Below, one piece after another: positions 1 through 7,290 of a stretch of DNA of 39,457 nucleotides. The DNA is from Candidatus Komeilibacteria bacterium (GTDB lineage Bacteria > Patescibacteriota > Patescibacteriia > UBA1558): the NCBI GenBank assembly GCA_048538235.1, contig JBLYPX010000001.1, positions 745,554 to 785,010 of the forward strand, given 5' to 3'. Numbering within the stretch: position 1 is the stretch's first letter; each line of letters begins with the position of its first letter. Below the pieces are notes generated by a model. That model did not search any database. It saw only the letters and a program-made list of their open reading frames with translations, and was not told the DNA's origin. The position numbers were made by a program, and so were the translations under genes.

Positions 1-72
1 ACCGCGCTTGTTTATATTTACAAGACTAACAGCAGTTTCATCACAACTTGATTCTATTCCTAAAATTCTCAT
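1..72 (-). CDS. tsaD: tRNA t6A modification protein TsaD, N-terminal fragment (runs off the window edge)
   Basis: Hand translation from ATG at 72: MRILGIESSCDETAVSLVNINKRG, matching the TsaD/Kae1 N-terminal ILGIE[TS]SCDETA motif. Not in the ORF track. Confidence 0.9.
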   Translation of the reverse strand, partial: MRILGIESSCDETAVSLVNINKRG

Positions 73-126
73 AGTGTTCATATTATAGCTTATGATTGTC
101 CTATAGTTCAACCTATATGTCAAGAA

Positions 127-154
127 AACACCCCTACATTTAAGTAGGGGTGTT
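127..154 (-). terminator. Intrinsic terminator after the MFS gene
   Basis: 11-bp stem AACACCCCTAC/GTAGGGGTGTT with a 6-nt loop, followed by a T-run on the minus strand. Confidence 0.8.
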
Positions 155-157
155 AAT

Positions 158-1357
158 TTAGAGTCTTGTTACCTTCTTGCCATTAAAAAACATAACAGCA
201 GGCATTGCTAGGATGATAATTAGCCCAGAGATAAGCCAAGCAGTATCTATGCTGTAATACTTAGCAATAAGTCCAGACATGACAAGCCCTATACCAGACG
301 CACCAGTTGCTATCATATGCACAAATGAATCTACTGTAGCTCTTGTTTTTGATGGAATACTTTCCTGAATGGTTGTATCTACATATGGTCTAATAAGTCC
401 ACGCATCATCTCGTGTCCCATAAAACCTAATACCAAGATACTTAAAGTATTAGACATGGCAGCTACAACCATAAACAGACCAACCACCAAACCAATTACC
501 ACAAAGCCAATTTTCTGTCTTGGAAACTTCTTAGTAAAAAAGCGAACAAGTTCATTACCAATCATAGCTGTTAACACCACAAACACCCATACATATCCTA
601 AATATTCTGTATTAGATAAATATTCAGAAAACTGAGGCTGCCAATACATGTTAAAAGCTGGGAAACCTAAATTAAAAACAGTAGTAGCAGTTATAACCAT
701 AAAGACTATCTTGTGTTTAAGTCCATAACTAACACTAGTTGTAGCAATCTCTTTTAAATTCCACCACACTTTTACTTCTGACAATTTCTTAGGTGTGAAA
801 TAATCTTCGCGAACTATAACTGCTGCTAAGAAAGCCAAACCAAGAAATCCAATACCAGTAATAATCATAGGCAGAGATAAACTCACCGCTCCAATGTAAG
901 CACCAATAAGTCCACCAAGTAATGTAGCAACATTGCGACACCTACCTTCTAAACGAAACACATCCGAAAGTTCTCCTGGCCAACTATGATACTGCAAAGA
1001 ATCAACCAGCCAAGCACGAAAAGCACCAGAGGTTAATGTAACAGCCAAAGCAATTGTAATCTCAGCTATAACAAAACCTACAAAGTTGTCTGTAATACCA
1101 TACCAAATAAATCCTAAAGCCATTACAACGCTAGATGATACAAAAGACACTTTTCTACCAAAAAGATCTGCAATGGCACCAGTTGGTATTTCTAATATAA
1201 AAACAGATACCATAAATGCCACATTGACTAAATTAACTTGTAAAAGATCTAAGCCATTACTTAACAAATATGTTACATAAATGGCTGTGTGCAATCCCAT
1301 GAATAAATGGTCAATTGATGTTAACCACATGTACTGCCTAATAATTTTCTTCCCCAT
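158..1357 (-). CDS. MFS transporter
   Basis: 399 aa, about 12 hydrophobic segments, MFS motif A-like GAIADLFGRK; GGGAG SD upstream. Confidence 0.9.
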   Translation of the reverse strand: MGKKIIRQYMWLTSIDHLFMGLHTAIYVTYLLSNGLDLLQVNLVNVAFMVSVFILEIPTGAIADLFGRKVSFVSSSVVMALGFIWYGITDNFVGFVIAEITIALAVTLTSGAFRAWLVDSLQYHSWPGELSDVFRLEGRCRNVATLLGGLIGAYIGAVSLSLPMIITGIGFLGLAFLAAVIVREDYFTPKKLSEVKVWWNLKEIATTSVSYGLKHKIVFMVITATTVFNLGFPAFNMYWQPQFSEYLSNTEYLGYVWVFVVLTAMIGNELVRFFTKKFPRQKIGFVVIGLVVGLFMVVAAMSNTLSILVLGFMGHEMMRGLIRPYVDTTIQESIPSKTRATVDSFVHMIATGASGIGLVMSGLIAKYYSIDTAWLISGLIIILAMPAVMFFNGKKVTRL

Positions 1358-1383
1358 TTTTTTATCTCCCTTTTTAAATGTTC

Positions 1384-1413
1384 AAAAAACCCCTGGGGCA
1401 CAAGTCCCAGGGG
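1384..1413 (-). terminator. Terminator/attenuator hairpin in the MFS leader
   Basis: CCCCTGGG/CCCAGGGG 8-bp GC stem followed by U6 on the minus strand, about 27 nt upstream of the MFS ATG. Confidence 0.7.
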
Positions 1414-1438
1414 AATACTTTCGAGCAATTTAATTCTG

Positions 1439-1612
1439 TTAATTAGAGTTTAATTGCAGTCCATCATAATCACTTACAACAAAGTAATCCGCCTGGGCCT
1501 GACTATTATCAATAGTCGGTGCACAAACATAGCCAACTTTTCTTAAAAGTGACTTTGCCTTTGCATAAACGCTCATAAACTGACTATTCTGTTGTGAGTT
1601 TTGATTATTCAT
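1439..1612 (-). CDS. 57-aa small ORF, candidate leader peptide
   Basis: Hand translation MNNQNSQQNSQFMSVYAKAKSLLRKVGYVCAPTIDNSQAQADYFVVSDYDGLQLNSN*; AGGAGG lies 17 nt upstream of the ATG (long spacing). Confidence 0.5.
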   Translation of the reverse strand: MNNQNSQQNSQFMSVYAKAKSLLRKVGYVCAPTIDNSQAQADYFVVSDYDGLQLNSN

Positions 1613-1700
1613 AGTTGTGTTAAATTGTCCCTCCTATAATATTAGACGAATAAAATTGGCAAATGTTACAGCTTAAATTAGGTTATACACAGGAGGATTG

Positions 1701-1730
1701 TTGACAGGTGAACGAACGTTCACTTATAAT
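1701..1730 (+). promoter_or_regulatory. Sigma70 promoter with a LexA-type operator between -35 and -10
   Basis: TTGACA(1701)-18 nt-TATAAT(1725); the spacer holds the palindrome GTGAAC-GAAC-GTTCAC (1708-1723), i.e. GAAC-N4-GTTC. Confidence 0.85.
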
Positions 1731-1736
1731 ATATTC

Positions 1737-2315
1737 ATGGATAAAAGACTAGAACAAGCAACAGCCAAATTAAGGAAGTATTGGCAGAAGAATAGACGCC
1801 TTCCCTCTTTCTCAGAAATGGCTAGTATCTTTGGTTATGCTTCTAAAAATGCTGTTAGTAAATTAGTCGTCAAATTAAAAGATGCTGGCATTGTTGATCA
1901 AGATGAAAACGGTCATTTAATACCTGGGGAGATTTTAACTTCCCTACCACTACTAGGTAATGTACAGGCTGGCTTTCCTTCACCAGCAGAAGAAGAACTG
2001 GTTGATACTCTTACCCTAGATAGGTATTTAATAAATAATCCTGATAGCAGTTTTTTAATTGAGGTGTCTGGTGACTCAATGATTGATGCTGGTATTCAAC
2101 CAAAAGATTTAGTAATTGTAGATAGAGCTTTAACACCAAAAAATAATGATATTGTTTTGGCTAAGATAGATAATGACTGGACACTAAAATATTTATACAA
2201 AAAAGGACAAAGAGTTTATCTGCAAGCTGCTAATGAAAATTATCCGAATCTAGTACCAAATGAAGAACTTGAGATAGCTGGAGTAATAGTATCTTCAATT
2301 AGAAAATATAAATAA
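1737..2315 (+). CDS. lexA: LexA-family repressor: winged HTH plus UmuD-like S24 peptidase domain
   Basis: N-terminal PSFSEMASIFGYASKNAV HTH, Ala-Gly cleavage site in QAGFPSPA, catalytic Ser (GDSM) and Lys (TLKYL). Start moved from 1698 to ATG 1737 because the promoter lies inside the longer ORF. Confidence 0.85.
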   Translation: MDKRLEQATAKLRKYWQKNRRLPSFSEMASIFGYASKNAVSKLVVKLKDAGIVDQDENGHLIPGEILTSLPLLGNVQAGFPSPAEEELVDTLTLDRYLINNPDSSFLIEVSGDSMIDAGIQPKDLVIVDRALTPKNNDIVLAKIDNDWTLKYLYKKGQRVYLQAANENYPNLVPNEELEIAGVIVSSIRKYK

Positions 2316-2334
2316 AAAATTAAAATATAAAAAG

Positions 2335-3654
2335 ATGGAGTATAAAAAGGGAAATAGTTTTCTTATTAAATCATGGCCACGTGCTTTTCTGCACATTGAT
2401 GCAGATGCTTTTTTCGCCTCTTGCGAACAAGCCCTTAATCCAAACCTAAAAGGTTTGCCTGTTATTACAGGGGCAGAGAGGGGTATTGTGTCTGCTGCGA
2501 GTTATGAAGCAAAAGATTTAGGAATTGGCAGAGGCATTCCTTTGTGGGAAGTTAGAAAGATTTGTCCTGACGCTATTATCCTACCTAGCGATTATGAAAG
2601 CTACTCTTTAATATCTACACGTATGTTCGACATTATGCGTCGCTTTGTACCAGTGGTTGAAGAATATTCTATTGATGAAGGATTTGCAGATCTTACTGGT
2701 ATGCGTCGTCCTTTGCACTGCTCATACCATGAAATTGGCAGACGCATAAAGGAACAAATTGAGGTTGAGCTTGGTATTACTGTTTCTGTTGGTATAGCTC
2801 CAACTAAAAGCCTTGCTAAAATTGCTGCTAATATACAAAAGCCCTCTGGTTTAACAGTTGTGCCCGGAAGCTTAATAGAAAATCTCTTAGAAAAAACTCC
2901 TATCAATAAAGTTTGGGGCTTTGGAGAAAGTACAACCAGTTATTTAAAAAGGTTTGGCATTAAAACAGCTTATGACTTCACGCTTAAAAGTAAATACTGG
3001 GTTAAACAACATTTAAATAAGACTGGATTAGAAATATGGAACGAGTTAAGAGGACAAGCAGTATATGATATAGCTGATGAGAAGCACGAAAAGTATAAAT
3101 CTATTAGCAAGACTAAAACTTTTACACCGCCCTCTACTCAAAGAAACTATTTACTTGGACAAATGATACGCAATTTAGAATCTGCTTGTATAAAAGCCAG
3201 AAGACATAATTTGGTAAGCGATAGATTAGTAATATATTTACGTCAACAAAATTTTCAAAGCTCGGGTATTGAAATAAAACTAGATAGAGCTAGCAACTCT
3301 TCCCTGCTTATGACAAGTTCTTTAAAAAAAGCTTTTAAACAAATATGGGCACCCGGCACACCTTACAGATCAACTGGAGTGGTTCTAAGTAATTTAAAAG
3401 CAGATAATAAAATACAGGAATCATTATTTACAGATAAAGTTAAAGTTATAAAAATGGAACAACTAACAAATGTAATAGATATTATTAATAATAAATTTGG
3501 TAAACACACACTACACCAAGCGTCCAGTTTATCAGTAAATTTTACCAGTCGTGGTAATAGAGAAGCAAAGAGCAGTAAATGGCAAAACCTTCTTAAAGGA
3601 GAAAACTACAGACAGCATTTATACATTCCACGCTGGTCCATTAAAGCGAATTAA
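2335..3654 (+). CDS. dinB: Y-family DNA polymerase (DinB/UmuC)
   Basis: HIDADAFFAS, SYEAK and YSIDE motifs, HhH region and little-finger domain. Confidence 0.9.
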   Translation: MEYKKGNSFLIKSWPRAFLHIDADAFFASCEQALNPNLKGLPVITGAERGIVSAASYEAKDLGIGRGIPLWEVRKICPDAIILPSDYESYSLISTRMFDIMRRFVPVVEEYSIDEGFADLTGMRRPLHCSYHEIGRRIKEQIEVELGITVSVGIAPTKSLAKIAANIQKPSGLTVVPGSLIENLLEKTPINKVWGFGESTTSYLKRFGIKTAYDFTLKSKYWVKQHLNKTGLEIWNELRGQAVYDIADEKHEKYKSISKTKTFTPPSTQRNYLLGQMIRNLESACIKARRHNLVSDRLVIYLRQQNFQSSGIEIKLDRASNSSLLMTSSLKKAFKQIWAPGTPYRSTGVVLSNLKADNKIQESLFTDKVKVIKMEQLTNVIDIINNKFGKHTLHQASSLSVNFTSRGNREAKSSKWQNLLKGENYRQHLYIPRWSIKAN

Positions 3655-3800
3655 TTAGCAGTATATAGCTAAAGGTTTTATATGATAGCACGGCCCTCGC
3701 TTATCATTAAAAACACTAAGCTGAAACCCTGTTTAAAAGTCTGATTTGACTAAGTTTACTTAGTTAAATAAATTAGACAAAACTGCAAGTTAATATATAT

Positions 3801-3834
3801 ACAAAACACCCATCATTTCTGATGGGTGTTTTGT
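3801..3834. terminator. Bidirectional terminator between convergent dinB and protease genes
   Basis: 15-bp stem ACAAAACACCCATCA/TGATGGGTGTTTTGT with a 4-nt loop. Confidence 0.85.
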
Positions 3835-3865
3835 GATACAACGCTATACGTGTTACATCAAACAA

Positions 3866-4921
3866 TTAATAACTATTTATATAATCATTAAGCTCGTCTG
3901 TTATAGAATCCTCAAACTCATAAACAAATTGCGCATCAATTATTTCCCCATATTGCTCTTCCTCTTTTTCAATATAAACTGCCGTTGGAACTCCGACATA
4001 GCAACCCCTAGCATCAATAGCTAATCCGCCTGAATTACCAGAGGAAATCTTAGCCGACGTTATTATGTATCCATTAACTGAATATAAACTACTAACCAAC
4101 CCGTTTGTAATTGTTAATGCCCCACCAGTAATATTAGGGAATCCCACCACGAACAAGGAGTCGCCCAACTGAATTGCGTCTTCACACTCCCCACTAGGAT
4201 TGCTGTAATATGGGAACAACCCCTCAATTACTTTATCCGCATAGCCATAAATATTATAATTATCATCAAACATTGGAGACTTTATTGATAGATATGCTAA
4301 ATCATGAACCATATTCTCGTCTCTGTCGATAATTGGCACAGCCCAATAAGCCTCCTCAACTAAGCCAGTACCAGAATTTACAAAACCAACAGCACAACCG
4401 TCAACACCTTCAACTATATGCAAATTTGTTAATATATACCCACTAGGGTCTGTATTAGTGCCCGAACCAATATAAAAGTAATCATCATCCTCACACACCA
4501 ACTTAACAACAGAACTAATTATGTTCGTCTGATTCTTGAACTGATATCTGTTTTCGTCAAAATCAATTTCAGGACTCTCTAGCTCATAATATTCAACATA
4601 AGAATACCATTCTTTCCAGCCCATATCTTCGTCATCAAAGACATCTGAGTTTGTAAAATATCCCAGCGGCTCTAAACTAGGTTCCAACTCACTCAAAATA
4701 TCGTACCCCTCACTATCTTCATATAATGAATCAAAATCTTCAAAATAATAAAACACTGCAACCAGAGCTGCAACAACAAACAAAACAAATACAATCAACA
4801 CTTTTTTTAGAATTTTAAACCTACTTTGTCTTCTAACAAGTCCTGATTTGGTTGATTTCCCACAGTGTATACAAAAAGAAATCGCCCCCTCTATTTCCTT
4901 TCCACAATTTTGACAAAACAT
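3866..4921 (-). CDS. Zinc-ribbon + TM + trypsin-like serine protease
   Basis: CQNC..CIHC at the N-terminus, one TM, catalytic triad motifs TNLH, HDLA, GNSGG. Confidence 0.85.
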   Translation of the reverse strand: MFCQNCGKEIEGAISFCIHCGKSTKSGLVRRQSRFKILKKVLIVFVLFVVAALVAVFYYFEDFDSLYEDSEGYDILSELEPSLEPLGYFTNSDVFDDEDMGWKEWYSYVEYYELESPEIDFDENRYQFKNQTNIISSVVKLVCEDDDYFYIGSGTNTDPSGYILTNLHIVEGVDGCAVGFVNSGTGLVEEAYWAVPIIDRDENMVHDLAYLSIKSPMFDDNYNIYGYADKVIEGLFPYYSNPSGECEDAIQLGDSLFVVGFPNITGGALTITNGLVSSLYSVNGYIITSAKISSGNSGGLAIDARGCYVGVPTAVYIEKEEEQYGEIIDAQFVYEFEDSITDELNDYINSY

Positions 4922-4936
4922 ATAATACTCACTATG

Positions 4937-5530
4937 TTAATTAATAAAAGTTGCCTTTACCCTTTTTGATACTCTCATGTAGGGTATCCATATACAGGCA
5001 CCAACAAACTGTCTGATCAAATCTTCATCTAAACCATCTGTTAACGAGGTAAGCTCTTCTCCCTCAAAATAATTTGGGAAAATAGAGTAAGCAGCTATCG
5101 TGTCAATAATCAAAACAATCAACGAGCCCAACGTCCAAACAATCCACATTATTGGAAATTCTTTCTTTTTACGAAAAAAAATAAATATTAAATAAAAACA
5201 AAAGCCAACAATAAAAACATTTGCAACAAATTCAAAAATCAAATAAATCTTAAAATCAAAATCCAGGAATTGGAATGACTCCCACCAACCAGTAAACAAT
5301 GAATAAAGGATAACATAAATTGGTGTTGCAAATAATCCTATTGCAACTAAATACAACCAACCTCCTATACCCTTATACTCATCATCGATGTTTTGATTTA
5401 AAGGTAGATTATTATCATCATTTAAAGCATCTGATTTTTTTTCACTTTCATCTACTGAAATCCTCTCTCCACAATTTTGACAATACAAAAAATCTTTTTT
5501 TAGCTGTGAACCACATTTTTTACAATACAT
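4937..5530 (-). CDS. Zinc-ribbon + DUF2569-like membrane protein
   Basis: CKKC..CQNC N-terminus; GIGGWL start and WIPY..SKRVKATF end typical of DUF2569; about 4 TMs. Confidence 0.75.
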   Translation of the reverse strand: MYCKKCGSQLKKDFLYCQNCGERISVDESEKKSDALNDDNNLPLNQNIDDEYKGIGGWLYLVAIGLFATPIYVILYSLFTGWWESFQFLDFDFKIYLIFEFVANVFIVGFCFYLIFIFFRKKKEFPIMWIVWTLGSLIVLIIDTIAAYSIFPNYFEGEELTSLTDGLDEDLIRQFVGACIWIPYMRVSKRVKATFIN

Positions 5531-5617
5531 AATGTTTTAAAATAATCTATTTATACACAAAGTATATCAAAAAGCTAATAACAAAAATAACGCTTAATAA
5601 TATTTACTTATATCTGG

Positions 5618-6349
5618 TTAATACAAATCGAACTGACTCGAATCAACATTGCTCGTCTCAGCATTTCCTCCAACAACCGGATATAAAGTGACTTCAAACC
5701 CAGAAAAATAATAATATTCTCGATCCGATGTTGTTTGATAATCGAATGTTTCATCAAAAACTGAATACTGTTGACTACGATTAAAACCTTTACTATCCGA
5801 ATTATAGTCTAAACCTTGAGCAAAAGCTAACCAATACACACCGTCAGATATACCCGTGATAGTATATTCACTTTCGGATTTGATATACACAGTAAACACC
5901 GATACCCCATCAGTAATAAGCTTGGCTACAGCATCTAAACTGGTGCCATTATCTATATACAACGTCCCTCCATCTCCTTGAAAATAATTGTCATTCTTTT
6001 TTAGTATAGTTCCATTGGCAAGAGATGCTGGCAATACAACAGACCCTGTTTCAACGTCACCATCATAATCTTGTTGTGCTGGCAACGGAAGCGGTGCCTT
6101 TACTCCACCACCATAAATTGTATCATCATCTGAAATAATCCAAGAAAAAAACAGTATTCCTACTAGAACAAAAACTATGCGTTTAGATATCAACTTTAGA
6201 TCATATTCTTTTTTCGCACCATAAGATTCCGTTTCAGAGAAACTTTCATTCAAAGCTATTTTCTCAATTAATATCTGGCGACAATTAGGACACACTTCTT
6301 CAGTGAAGTTTATTTTTGCTCTACAAAAGGCGCAAAATTTTGATTTCAT
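5618..6349 (-). CDS. Zinc-ribbon + TM + extracellular domain protein
   Basis: CAFC..CPNC, one TM, beta-rich C-terminal domain. ATG 6349 preferred over the track start at 6367. Confidence 0.7.
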   Translation of the reverse strand: MKSKFCAFCRAKINFTEEVCPNCRQILIEKIALNESFSETESYGAKKEYDLKLISKRIVFVLVGILFFSWIISDDDTIYGGGVKAPLPLPAQQDYDGDVETGSVVLPASLANGTILKKNDNYFQGDGGTLYIDNGTSLDAVAKLITDGVSVFTVYIKSESEYTITGISDGVYWLAFAQGLDYNSDSKGFNRSQQYSVFDETFDYQTTSDREYYYFSGFEVTLYPVVGGNAETSNVDSSQFDLY

Positions 6350-6356
6350 AGATTTG

Positions 6357-6800
6357 TTACTTATCAAATTTACTACTTATACTATCAACAAAAAAACCAA
6401 CAACATATCTCATGTCGTCTTCTTTATACCCTTTATCTTTTAGCACCTGTTCAAGGTCAGTCATTATCTTATTAAGGTTGTTTGCTGGGTCATCATTACA
6501 ATTATTAAAAAAATCTATAACATCGTTATAGATTTTAATAGAAACTTCATTAGATGGTAAATTTGCAACACTAGCCAAAAGTTCATTCATGCTCTTTTCA
6601 TCAAGTTCAAATCCAGCATCACAAACGGGACAGACTAAATAGTATTTCTTGTTCCATTTAGCGACTGGTACGAAATAGAGGCTCGCCTTATTACTTAATT
6701 CTCTCACCTCTGCACCCGCCACATTCATGCAATTACGACAAGTCATTAAACCAACATCTGCAATTTTTTTACTTTTTTTACCCCAACCAAATATCAACAT
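6357..6800 (-). CDS. Zinc-ribbon (zinc_ribbon_15-like) protein
   Basis: MLIFGW..CRNC..LYFVPV..YYLVCPVC pattern. Confidence 0.7.
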   Translation of the reverse strand: MLIFGWGKKSKKIADVGLMTCRNCMNVAGAEVRELSNKASLYFVPVAKWNKKYYLVCPVCDAGFELDEKSMNELLASVANLPSNEVSIKIYNDVIDFFNNCNDDPANNLNKIMTDLEQVLKDKGYKEDDMRYVVGFFVDSISSKFDK

Positions 6801-6804
6801 AAGA

Positions 6805-7047
6805 TTATCTCTTTAATGCTTCTACCTGTTCCTTTTTAATTTGCTTGGATATGCGCCTACATACAGGACAGATCAAGTAATACCTTTTAAAGGAAAGCCA
6901 GGGCTTCTTTGCAAACGGGAAACCAATAGCAGGACCAACTGGCTCAGTACAGACCTCGTGCTCGGAGTCGTTACTACAATTAGAACAAATCATTTTGACC
7001 GTGTTTGTATTCTTAACCGGTGTTGGCGCATAATTTGTAAAATACAT
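6805..7047 (-). CDS. Small zinc-ribbon protein
   Basis: CSNC..YYLICPVC, 80 aa; extended -10 TGtTATAAT 6 nt before the ATG. Confidence 0.7.
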   Translation of the reverse strand: MYFTNYAPTPVKNTNTVKMICSNCSNDSEHEVCTEPVGPAIGFPFAKKPWLSFKRYYLICPVCRRISKQIKKEQVEALKR

Positions 7048-7113
7048 AATGTTATTATAACAACTTATTAGCTTATATTCATTATATCAAAAAACTCCCA
7101 ATAAAGGGAGTAA

Positions 7114-7188
7114 TGGTACCGCCTAGGGGAATCGAACCCCTGTTGCCAGGATGAAAACCTGATGTCCTAACCACTAGACGAAGGCGGC
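7114..7188 (-). tRNA. tRNA-Glu(UUC)
   Basis: Cloverleaf GCCGCCT...AGGCGGT-ACCA, anticodon loop TT-TTC-AT; promoter TTGACT-17-TAGAAT at 7234-7206. Confidence 0.95.
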
Positions 7189-7290
7189 ATGAAAAACTAT
7201 GAAGTATTCTAATACATTTTCATAAATTAGTCAAGGTTGACTCGACTTGAAATAACTGTTAAGACATAGAAGTAACAAATAACATAAATT

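Noticed and set aside
158-7188. Integrative element or prophage at tRNA-Glu
   Set aside because: No integrase, transposase or phage gene, and I found no duplicated tRNA 3' end (att); accessory character only
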